Shown here piece after piece: positions 40,568-49,097 of a stretch of DNA of 64,000 bases. The DNA is from Planctomycetota bacterium (lineage in GTDB: Bacteria > Planctomycetota > SZUA-567 > H5-PLA8): positions 78,083 to 142,082 of the forward strand of contig BTVV01000002.1 in assembly GCA_045863855.1 (NCBI GenBank), given 5' to 3'. Under the pieces are notes generated by a model, which did not search any database, was not told the DNA's origin, and saw nothing but the letters and a program-made list of their open reading frames with translations. Position 1 is the first letter of the stretch, and each line of letters begins with the position of its first letter. The position numbers were made by a program, and so were the translations under genes.

Positions 40568-41968
40568 TCAGCGCTTCGGCGGCGGCGCGGCCTCCTGCTG
40601 CTGTTCCAGGTAGCGCCGGCGTTCGCGCTCGGCGCGGATGCGCGGGTCGCGGTTCACTTCCAGATACAGTTCCTTCGTGCCGGACGGAAGGTAGAACGTC
40701 TCAACGTCTCCGGCCAGAATCTCTTCCAGCGCGTCCTGCAAATGCCGGCTGCGGACAATGCGCGGATTCTGCAAGTACTGCGGCGCCAGCGCCTGGAACG
40801 TTTCGGCTTCCGCGCGGACTTCCTGGACCTCGTTGCGCCGGTAGGTGCGCGCTTCTTCCATCAGGCGCGCGACGGTGCCGTACACGTCCGCGCCCAGTAA
40901 CTGCTCGTCGAGGGCCGCTTCGGCTTCTCGCACTTGTGCTGAGATCTTCGCGCGCCGGGCGGTCTCGTAGAGCGCAATGGCGTCGAGCAGCTTCAGGTAG
41001 CGGTCGCCGGCCATATCGGTCAGCGTCTGGCTGCGGAATTTCGCGGCGGCCTCCAGCTTGTTGGCCTTCTCGCTCTCGGACGCGATCACGGCCTGAAAAT
41101 CCTGCCGCAGCGCCAGCGGCGGCGTGGGATCGGCCAGCGCCACGTTGACGACGCGGATTCCCGTACCCATGCGGTCCAGCGCCGCTTGCACGACCGCGCG
41201 CAAATCTTCCTTGGCGATCTGCCCCGCGCGGAATGCGTCGGCGCTGGTCCGTGCCGCCAGATGCACCGCGGCCTGCTCCGAAGCCGACCGAACCAGCTCC
41301 TCGGCGCGCTTCAGCATCCCCGGTCGACCGCCCGCGGTCCCGATCGCCGAAGCGAAGCGCACGGCCTCTTCGCGCGGCACCGCCCACGTCACGCTCCAAT
41401 GCGCATGGAAAATGTTCCGGTCGCCCGTCAGCAGCGAGCCGTCCTGCCCCGGCACCAGCCCGCCCGTGGGAACTTTTAATTCTTCAAGCTTCTTGCCGTG
41501 GTCCTCGGGCTTCACCTCGAACCAGAACGCGCGATCCAAGTTCACGACCTGTTGCGTCGTCGGAACCGTGATGACTTCGTCGATCGGCTGCGGAAACGCG
41601 AAGTATGGCCCGCCGGCTTCGCGAACCGTACCGGCTTCGGTGGCCACCACACGGCCCAGCCGCAGCAGCACCGCGACTTCGCCTTCCTGGACGTAGAACC
41701 AGCCGCTTCCGAAGAAGGCGACCACCAGCAGCGCCATCACCCATTTCAGGAGCCCAAAGCTGACCTTCAGCGCATCCGAAAGCGAACGGTTGGCCGGATC
41801 GAGGTCTTTATCCGCATCCGGTCCTTCCGGCTCGGCGTGATGATGGTGATGATCGTGCCCGAAGATCGAGATCTTCTTGGGCTCGTGCCCGTGGCCGTGA
41901 TCGTGCGCATGCCCATGGTCATGCCCGTGATCGTGCCCGTGCGTATGTTCGTGTTCGTGGCCGGCCAT
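40568..41968 (-). CDS. HflK-like SPFH protein with His-rich N-terminus
   Basis: TM, VQEGEVAVLLRLG, FPQPIDEV, LLTGDRNIFH, coiled-coil tail; 19 His in first 44 aa. Confidence 0.88.
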   Translation of the reverse strand: MAGHEHEHTHGHDHGHDHGHAHDHGHGHEPKKISIFGHDHHHHHAEPEGPDADKDLDPANRSLSDALKVSFGLLKWVMALLVVAFFGSGWFYVQEGEVAVLLRLGRVVATEAGTVREAGGPYFAFPQPIDEVITVPTTQQVVNLDRAFWFEVKPEDHGKKLEELKVPTGGLVPGQDGSLLTGDRNIFHAHWSVTWAVPREEAVRFASAIGTAGGRPGMLKRAEELVRSASEQAAVHLAARTSADAFRAGQIAKEDLRAVVQAALDRMGTGIRVVNVALADPTPPLALRQDFQAVIASESEKANKLEAAAKFRSQTLTDMAGDRYLKLLDAIALYETARRAKISAQVREAEAALDEQLLGADVYGTVARLMEEARTYRRNEVQEVRAEAETFQALAPQYLQNPRIVRSRHLQDALEEILAGDVETFYLPSGTKELYLEVNRDPRIRAERERRRYLEQQQEAAPPPKR

Positions 41969-41984
41969 GCCGCGCTCCCGATTC

Positions 41985-42917
41985 CTACTTCTTCTCGCCC
42001 ACGTCCGGCTTCGGCATGGGCCGCGCATCCGGCTTCAGCAGGTCGAAAGGCGCGGTTTCCATGTCGAGCAGGAAGGTGGTGTTCTGCTTCAGCGTCTTGC
42101 GCAGCGCTTCGATTTCGCGCAAAAAGATCGCGAAGTCCTCGCTCTTCTCGAAGACGTTGTAGTACTCGGCGGCCGCGGCGTCGCCTTCGGCGCGGATCGC
42201 TTCGGCGCGCCGGTCGGCGAACGCCTGGATGATCCGAGCCTGCGATTCGGCTTCGCTGCGAATCTTGCTCGCGATCGCGTCGCCGCTGCTGCGCGCGGTG
42301 CTCGCCATCCGCTCGCGCGTCTCGCGCATGCGCGTGAAGACCGTCTTCGAAACGTCCTCGGGCAGACCCAGCCGCTTCAAGCCCACCGTCTCGACCTGGA
42401 TGCCGTAGCCCTGCGCGCCCAGTTCTTCCTGCAGCCGCGTCTTGATCTTCTCTTCGACCTCCGCCAGCTTGAGCTGCTGCGGATCGGTGCTCGTCAACTC
42501 GTCGAAACGGTACCGGCTCACGATCGCGTTCGCTTCGCGCAGGCGTGCTTCAAGCTGCTTCTGGCCGTCGGTTACGTTTCCCAGCGAGCGGAAGAAGGCC
42601 AGCGGGTCGCCGATCCGCCACGCCACGTAAGCGGTCACGATCAGCGTGTGATTGTCTCGTGTCGTCATTTGCTCCAGCCGCGTCTCGTGAAGCTGCACCC
42701 GCCGGTCGAAGACGCGCACATCCTGGATCGGATAGGGCCACTTCCAATACAGGCCCGCGCCTTCGCCGTCGGCGTTCTTCACGGCGCCGTCGCCGGCTTT
42801 ACCGAAGGTCGTCACCACCGCGGCTTCGTTGAAGCGCACGGTGAACGAGACCATGTAGAGCAGCAGAACCAGCACCACGAGGATGCCGGCGGCCATCGAA
42901 TGAAGGTGCTTCGGCAT
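41985..42917 (-). CDS. HflC-like SPFH protein
   Basis: AVVTTFGK, GLYWKWPYPIQ, TRDNHTL, WRIGDP, RMRETR, IRAEGDAAAA. Confidence 0.92.
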   Translation of the reverse strand: MPKHLHSMAAGILVVLVLLLYMVSFTVRFNEAAVVTTFGKAGDGAVKNADGEGAGLYWKWPYPIQDVRVFDRRVQLHETRLEQMTTRDNHTLIVTAYVAWRIGDPLAFFRSLGNVTDGQKQLEARLREANAIVSRYRFDELTSTDPQQLKLAEVEEKIKTRLQEELGAQGYGIQVETVGLKRLGLPEDVSKTVFTRMRETRERMASTARSSGDAIASKIRSEAESQARIIQAFADRRAEAIRAEGDAAAAEYYNVFEKSEDFAIFLREIEALRKTLKQNTTFLLDMETAPFDLLKPDARPMPKPDVGEKK

Positions 42918-42924
42918 GGCGGAC

Positions 42925-44967
42925 TTACTCCTTGGACTGCAAGTTCACGGGCGCCAGTTCCGCGCCCTGGTCCTTCAGGTCGAAACGAACGGTCAGATTA
43001 CGGCGGTCGGCCAGGAGCAGATACTTGCGCCGCTCGGCCAGCCCGTCGGCCAGCACTTCCAGGTATCGGCGCATGCGGTACAGCCGCGGCGCGCGAGCGT
43101 AAGCGAGCAATTCGCGCTCGAAGCGCTCGGCCTTGGCGCGCTCCGCGTTTTCGCGTTCGTGCCGGTAGGCCCGGGCCTCGGCGATTCGTTTCGAAGCTTC
43201 GCCGCCGGCCGACTGTAGCAGCGTTTCGATCTTCGCTTCCTGCGCCGCCAGCGCCGCGGCATCGCTCTGATCCTGGCGCAAGGCTTCGAGCCGTTCGATC
43301 TCCGCGCCGATCGTACGAGCCAGTTCGGGTGTGCCGGCCGCGGCGGCGAGTTGTCCGATTGCTTCGCGCAGCGCGACTTCGATCCGCGCTTCGCGTTCCT
43401 GGTGCGCTTGAACTACGCGGTGGAACGCTTCGGCAACTTCCTGCGGAGGATGGATACCGGCCATGCCCACGAAAACCACGTCCAGGCCCAGCCGTTCGCG
43501 GTCGGCCTCGGCTTGCAGAAGTTCGCGCAGCTTCGGGCCCAAGGCTGCGCGTTCGGGCCCCAACCAGGTGTCTTCGTCGCCGGCCAGAAGTACGCGCGCC
43601 GTCTCGCGCTCGGCCAGCGCCACCAGCGCCGCTTCCGGATCCTTCTGATGGCGCGAGTACGCCACCAGATCTTTGATCCGGTAATTGAGGAAGACTTCCG
43701 CCGCCAGCAGCGAGACCGAAGGAGCCTTGCCGCCGCCGGTTTCGCCGTCGCCTTGCGGCATCTGAATCAGCGCCCGCGGCGGAGCGACGAGCAGCAGTTC
43801 TTCGGCTTCCGCGTGCTGATTATTCCAAAGGATCGGAGCCTGATCGTCCATCATATGCGCGTGCGAGCCCACGACGATCTGCCGGATGCGCGTCACGTCG
43901 TACAGTTCCGCGCGTTCCACCGGCCAGGGCCATTTGAGATGCAGTCCCGGATCCAGCGGCTCGGAGCGGGACAGTTCCCCGAAGCGCAGCACGAGCGCCT
44001 GCTGCTGCGGTTCGACTTTCACCAGACACGAGAGCAGCAACAGCGCCGCGACGGCCACGCCGGTTAGCGGCGCCAGCCAGAGCGAGAGCAACTTCCAGAA
44101 CCAGCTCCGCGTCACTTCGAAGCCGAACTGATAGTTCACCGCTTCTTGCAGCGCGCTGGCCAGGCTGCCGGGACTGGTCAGCAATCCCAGCAAACGGCTG
44201 TCGAACGCCGGCCGCGGTGTCTCGCCGGGCTTGCGCGGGCGATACAGGTTCAACACCAGCCCCGCCAGCATCTCCGCGCCCAGCAGGCCCTCCAGTACGC
44301 ACAGGACAAAGGGCAGGTAATGCAGCAGCGCGTAGGATTCGAAGTGGACGAATGCCAGCGCCAGCGTCACGGCCGCCGAGACCAGCGCGGTGCCCATCAG
44401 GAAGCCCGCGCCGCCGCGCAACAGGATCCACTCGGCCTGCCGGGTCATCCCTGCCACATAGCGGCCGATCAGGAAGGTCGCGAATGCGATGCCCAGCGCG
44501 AAGGCCATGGGCAGAAGAGGGCGCGTCAGCCCGTGTGCGCTTTCGGCATGCGCGCTCAGCCAAGTCTCGGCCGCGCCCATCCGCCAGATCGCTCCTGCGA
44601 GCAGGAAGATTCCGGTGCACAGGCCCGTCAGCGGCAGCCCGATGCGGCGAAGCTGTTCCAAACGCCGCTGCGCGACGTTCAATTCGGCCGCGGTCTCGCC
44701 GAAAAGCTGCGTGTCCGGCCCGGCCGAGGCAAGGCGTTCGGCCTCCAACGCTTCCATCCGCTCGAGCCGGTGTTGGTGATAAAGGAGCAGCAAGCATAGC
44801 CACACGGGGATGCCGCCGGCCGCGTACCAAGCCGCGGGCAAAAAGACGATCGGATCGCCGGCGAACGCGATCGCCGCCAGCCCCGCCGCCGCCGCCAGTT
44901 GCGCGCCCAAACCGAGCAACGCGCCTGCTACCGCGCGCTGGTAACTTTGCGGAGTCAGCGCGCTCAT
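42925..44967 (-). CDS. HflK-like SPFH protein with polytopic N-terminal membrane domain
   Basis: About 350-aa hydrophobic N-half, then ALVLRFG, PGLHLKWPWPVE, IHPPQEVAEAF. Confidence 0.88.
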   Translation of the reverse strand: MSALTPQSYQRAVAGALLGLGAQLAAAAGLAAIAFAGDPIVFLPAAWYAAGGIPVWLCLLLLYHQHRLERMEALEAERLASAGPDTQLFGETAAELNVAQRRLEQLRRIGLPLTGLCTGIFLLAGAIWRMGAAETWLSAHAESAHGLTRPLLPMAFALGIAFATFLIGRYVAGMTRQAEWILLRGGAGFLMGTALVSAAVTLALAFVHFESYALLHYLPFVLCVLEGLLGAEMLAGLVLNLYRPRKPGETPRPAFDSRLLGLLTSPGSLASALQEAVNYQFGFEVTRSWFWKLLSLWLAPLTGVAVAALLLLSCLVKVEPQQQALVLRFGELSRSEPLDPGLHLKWPWPVERAELYDVTRIRQIVVGSHAHMMDDQAPILWNNQHAEAEELLLVAPPRALIQMPQGDGETGGGKAPSVSLLAAEVFLNYRIKDLVAYSRHQKDPEAALVALAERETARVLLAGDEDTWLGPERAALGPKLRELLQAEADRERLGLDVVFVGMAGIHPPQEVAEAFHRVVQAHQEREARIEVALREAIGQLAAAAGTPELARTIGAEIERLEALRQDQSDAAALAAQEAKIETLLQSAGGEASKRIAEARAYRHERENAERAKAERFERELLAYARAPRLYRMRRYLEVLADGLAERRKYLLLADRRNLTVRFDLKDQGAELAPVNLQSKE

Positions 44968-45028
44968 GCCGCCCTCCGTCTTGCCAGAAGTGGCGCTTTC
45001 CGGGCCAACCGCGGCGCCTGCTCGCGCG

Positions 45029-45034
45029 TATAAT
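45029..45034 (+). promoter_or_regulatory. Consensus -10 hexamer upstream of the divergent permease
   Basis: TATAAT in a GC-rich intergenic gap, 40 bp before ATG 45075; no clear -35. Confidence 0.45.
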
Positions 45035-45074
45035 CGGCAGCCGTTCGATTCGTCTGCGCCCACGGGATGCCGGC

Positions 45075-46049
45075 ATGCCGAGCCGACTCTGGACAATCGC
45101 CGCCAATACGTACTGCGAATCGATCCGCCAGCCGGTCTTCGTCGTGCTGCTTTGCGGCGCCAGCCTGCTCCTGATGCTTAACATCGCCGTCTGCGGCTAC
45201 GCCTTCGAGGACGACAACAAACTGCTCCTGGACCTGGGCCTCAGCACGATCTTCCTGGGCGGACTGCTGCTCGCGGCCTTCACCGCGACGGGTGTCTTCA
45301 GCCGCGAGATCGAGAACAAGACCGTACTGACCGTGATCAGCAAGCCCGTCGGACGTCCGCTCTTCGTGGCCGGCAAGTTTCTGGGCGTCGCCGCCGCGCT
45401 GGCCACGGCGTGCTGGGTCTGGACCCTTTTGTTCATGCTTACCGTTCGCCACGGCGTCATGACCCGCGCCAACGATCCCTTCGACGAGCCCGTGCTGCTT
45501 TTCGGCCTCGGCGGTTTTGCGCTCGCGGGGTTGCTCGCCGCCTCGGCCAATTACGCGTACCGCTGGGTCTTCGCTTCCACCTTTACCGGAGCGCTGGTCG
45601 TCATCGAATCGATCGCTTACATCCTGGTGCTCTGCCTTGGCAAAGGTTTTGTCATTCAGCCGCCCGAGACCGATTTCGATCCGCGCCTTTGGCTGGCCGC
45701 GCTGCTGGTCTTCGAGGCTCTGGCTGTGCTCTGCGCCGTAGCTATCGCCGTTTCCACGCGGTTGGGTCAGGTCATGACCCTGGCGATCTGCTCGGCGGTC
45801 TTCCTGCTGGGCTTGAGCAGCGACTTCTTGTTCCGCGCGCGCGCCGAAGAGAACGCGCTCGCCAAGATCGCCTACTCGCTCGTGCCGAATTTGAACTTCC
45901 ATTGGCTGGCCGAACTGCTGCATCGCGAACACACCCACCTGGATGAACTCTGGCCCTTGCTGGGGCTTGTCAGCGCCTACAGCGCGCTCCACGTGGCCGC
46001 GATTCTGGCGCTGGCCGTGGCGTTCTTTCAGACCCGCGAGGTCGGATAG
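45075..46049 (+). CDS. ABC-2-type exporter permease (PilI-like)
   Basis: IAANTYCESIRQP, EIENKTVLTVISKPVGRPLFVAGKFLG, LVPNL. Confidence 0.88.
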   Translation: MPSRLWTIAANTYCESIRQPVFVVLLCGASLLLMLNIAVCGYAFEDDNKLLLDLGLSTIFLGGLLLAAFTATGVFSREIENKTVLTVISKPVGRPLFVAGKFLGVAAALATACWVWTLLFMLTVRHGVMTRANDPFDEPVLLFGLGGFALAGLLAASANYAYRWVFASTFTGALVVIESIAYILVLCLGKGFVIQPPETDFDPRLWLAALLVFEALAVLCAVAIAVSTRLGQVMTLAICSAVFLLGLSSDFLFRARAEENALAKIAYSLVPNLNFHWLAELLHREHTHLDELWPLLGLVSAYSALHVAAILALAVAFFQTREVG

Positions 46050-46105
46050 TTCCGCGCCGCCGTTCGTTCTCGTGTGCTTCAAACCATTCACGTTCGTCTG
46101 TCCAT

Positions 46106-48109
46106 TCATGCCGCATGCGCCGCGTGCACGCGCGCCGGTTCCGCCAGCGGCGCTTCCGCCGGACCGTCCAGGTCTTCGCCTTCGCGCACCAGCCGGGCGG
46201 AATTGAAGATCACGATCGCTTCCGCGCCCGCGTGCAGCAACGCCGCGAGCGCCGGCGGCAGGCCGCCCGCCGCGCTGACCGCCAGCAGCGATACGATGAA
46301 CAGCCCGCCGAAGATCAAGTTCTGCCGCACCACGGTCGTGGCGCGCTTGGAGAGCCGAATGAGGAACGGAATGCGGTTGAGGTTCTCGTTCATCAGCGCG
46401 ATCGAGGCCGAATGAATCGCCACGTCGCTGCCGGCCGCGCCCATGGCGATGGAAATGTGGCCGGCCGCCAGTGCCGGAGCGTCGTTCACGCCGTCGCCCA
46501 CCACCGCCACTAAATGCCCGCGCTTTTTGATCCCTTCCACGATTTCCAGCTTCTCGCCGGGCAGCACTTCGGCCTTGAGGTCCGTGCAGTGCATCTCGGC
46601 CGCGACGCGCCGTGCGACGCTGACACGGTCGCCCGTTACCATCACGAGCTGCGGGACGCCCAGCGCGCGCAGCTCGTCCAGCGCCGGAGCGGCCGACGGT
46701 CGCGTCTTGTCTTCCATGCCGATCCAGCCCAACACCCGCGCGCCGCGCGAGACATGCAGCAGGCTCAAGCCTTCGGCTTCCGCGCCGGGCGCTTCACCCA
46801 GGTCGAGGCCGCGTTCGGCCAGCCAGGTCGCGCGTCCGACGCACAAGTCTTCGCCGTCCAACACCGCCAGGACGCCGTGCCCGGAGACTTCCTCGAAGCG
46901 TTCGGGCTCCCGGATCGGTATCCGCGCGCGCTGGGCGACTTCCAGGACCGCCTTGGCCACCGGGTGCTTGCTGTGCTGTTCCGCGATCGCCGCCGCCGCC
47001 AGCAGTTCCGCCGCGTCCACCCCCGGCGCGGGGCGCAGCTTGGTGACCGAAAGCGTTCCCGTGGTCAGCGTGCCGGTCTTGTCGAAGATGATGGCCGTCA
47101 GGTTGCGCGCGACTTCCAGATCGCTGGCCTTCTTGATCAGAATCCCCAGCCGCGCGGCGGCCGAAAGCGCCGCGACCATCGCCGTCGGCACCGCCAGGAT
47201 CAGCGCGCACGGCGTCGCGATCACCAGCATCGAGATCGCACGGTTCAGATCTTTGGTGAAGAAGAGAACGATCCCCGCCAGCATCAGGACCGTCGGCGTG
47301 TACCAGCGAGCGTAGCGGTCCATCAGCCGCGCGATCGGCGTGCGCGTCCGTTCGGCCTGCAGAATGAGCTGCTGCACCTGGCCCAGCGTCGTGTCTTCGC
47401 CGGCCTTCGTGATCTTGACCTCCAGCGTGCCGGTTAAGTTGATCGTGCCGCCGAAGACCTCCGCCCCCTGGCTCTTGTCCACGGGGATCGATTCGCCCGT
47501 GATCGTGGCTTGATTGACCGTGCTGAACCCGGTGAGCACGACGCCGTCGCCGGGGATATTGTCGCCGGGCCGCACGCGAACTACGTCGCCGGCGCGCAAA
47601 TCCTTCGCCTCGATCTCCTGCTCGCCTTCGGGTCCGACCTTGAACGCCCGCGTCGGCGTGACGCGAATCAGGCTCTCGATGGCCGCCCGCGCGCCCAGCG
47701 CCGTGCGGCTCTCGATCAGCTCGGCCAGGATCATGAAAAATGCGATCGCGCCGGCGGTGAGGTATTCGCCCATGGCGAATGCCGCGAGGAAGGCCAGCGC
47801 CACCAGCTCCGTCATGTGCGTGTGGCCGGTGCGTAGATCTTTCCAAGCGTTCGCGACGATCGGCGCGCCCAGCAAAGCCGCCGCAAGGAAGGCCAGCGCA
47901 TCGGAGTAGAAATTCCGGACCACGTGCGGCTCGGCGAAATCCGGATGGATTCCTACCGTGCCCGAGGGTTCGCCCGTCGCAGCCGCAAAGAGGTACCGCG
48001 CCGCGAGGCTCGCGACCAGCAGCACCCCGCCCAGCAACGTGACCACGATCTCCAGGCTGGCCTGCCCGGAATCGGCGGTGATCTGATCCTTCAAGTTCGA
48101 ATGGGCCAT
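46106..48109 (-). CDS. Heavy-metal-type P1B ATPase
   Basis: TGES, ATPCAL, DKTGTLT, SKHP, TGD, GDGVNDAPAL; no N-terminal CxxC domain. Confidence 0.95.
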   Translation of the reverse strand: MAHSNLKDQITADSGQASLEIVVTLLGGVLLVASLAARYLFAAATGEPSGTVGIHPDFAEPHVVRNFYSDALAFLAAALLGAPIVANAWKDLRTGHTHMTELVALAFLAAFAMGEYLTAGAIAFFMILAELIESRTALGARAAIESLIRVTPTRAFKVGPEGEQEIEAKDLRAGDVVRVRPGDNIPGDGVVLTGFSTVNQATITGESIPVDKSQGAEVFGGTINLTGTLEVKITKAGEDTTLGQVQQLILQAERTRTPIARLMDRYARWYTPTVLMLAGIVLFFTKDLNRAISMLVIATPCALILAVPTAMVAALSAAARLGILIKKASDLEVARNLTAIIFDKTGTLTTGTLSVTKLRPAPGVDAAELLAAAAIAEQHSKHPVAKAVLEVAQRARIPIREPERFEEVSGHGVLAVLDGEDLCVGRATWLAERGLDLGEAPGAEAEGLSLLHVSRGARVLGWIGMEDKTRPSAAPALDELRALGVPQLVMVTGDRVSVARRVAAEMHCTDLKAEVLPGEKLEIVEGIKKRGHLVAVVGDGVNDAPALAAGHISIAMGAAGSDVAIHSASIALMNENLNRIPFLIRLSKRATTVVRQNLIFGGLFIVSLLAVSAAGGLPPALAALLHAGAEAIVIFNSARLVREGEDLDGPAEAPLAEPARVHAAHAA

Positions 48110-48370
48110 AGGCGTTCAGTATCGTATCGGTCGAGTAAGGTCCGGCGATTACATCCTTTAAGGAAGTGTCAGGCGGCGCGCGAACGCGCATCTCCGTGTC
48201 ATACGGACGCCAAGCGTCTCCTGTTCTCCTAAATCCAATCCAAGAACCAGAATAGGAGGCTTTAAGGGCTACAAGGTGGGGACCCTATTTGAAGCGATAT
48301 CCATCTCAAAACGAACCGACTATCCCTGTAAGAATTGTAATTACATTAGGTTATGTGAATATAGGCGCGC

Positions 48371-48409
48371 AAAAGAAAACGCCCACAGGTCTGACCGACC
48401 CGTGGGCGT
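48371..48409 (-). terminator. Rho-independent terminator after rpmB
   Basis: ACGCCCAC...GTGGGCGT stem followed on the minus strand by a T-rich run (AAAAGAAAA on +). Confidence 0.8.
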
Positions 48410-48435
48410 GATATTTCGAAGTACCGAGCGTGACC

Positions 48436-48723
48436 TTACTTCTTCTTGGCCGCACCCTTCTCGGCGCGAATCTCGCGCAGGATGCTTTGCTTCGGCGCCT
48501 TCGTGATCTTGCCATCGCGCAGACACTTCGTGCATACCCACACGCGGTGGACATGTCCGTTCGTCTCGACGACTTTCATCTTCTGGAGGTTCGGCTTGAA
48601 CCAGCGCTTGGTCTTGCCGGTAACCTTGACGCCGACGCCGCCCTTGGCCTTCGCCAAGCCACGATGGACGTAAGACACGCCCGCGACCGGAGCCTTCTCA
48701 CAGACCTGACAATGCGACGCCAT
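48436..48723 (-). CDS. rpmB: 50S ribosomal protein L28
   Basis: CQVC..HRGLAKAKGGVG..TKRWFKPNLQ..VCTKCLR; GAGG RBS. Confidence 0.96.
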   Translation of the reverse strand: MASHCQVCEKAPVAGVSYVHRGLAKAKGGVGVKVTGKTKRWFKPNLQKMKVVETNGHVHRVWVCTKCLRDGKITKAPKQSILREIRAEKGAAKKK

Positions 48724-48762
48724 CGTGACACCTCTGCTTCTCAAGCATCCTAGAGCGGCTAA

Positions 48763-48838
<76 letters not shown>

Positions 48839-49097
48839 GCAAAAAACGAGGGGTCATTGTAGCGACGATCCATGAGCGCGCAAGAGGCATTGGGCTGCTC
48901 ACGCGCATTCCTCATTAAGCGCCTGGAAAAGCCTACAAGGTGCAGCACACCTGAAGGCTCAAAATCCTCTTGCGCCAAGGAACCCTGTGCCTAAAATCGT
49001 TCGGCTTGGATGGTTTCCTTGCTCGGATCGGCGGTTTTGCGCCCAAACCCTGGCAGCCACAGTTGTAACAGAACGTACTCGCGTACGGGGAGTCGCC

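Noticed and set aside
48436..48723. L28 as a zinc-starvation paralog linked to the metal ATPase
   Set aside because: It keeps both CxxC pairs and is separated from the ATPase by a terminator
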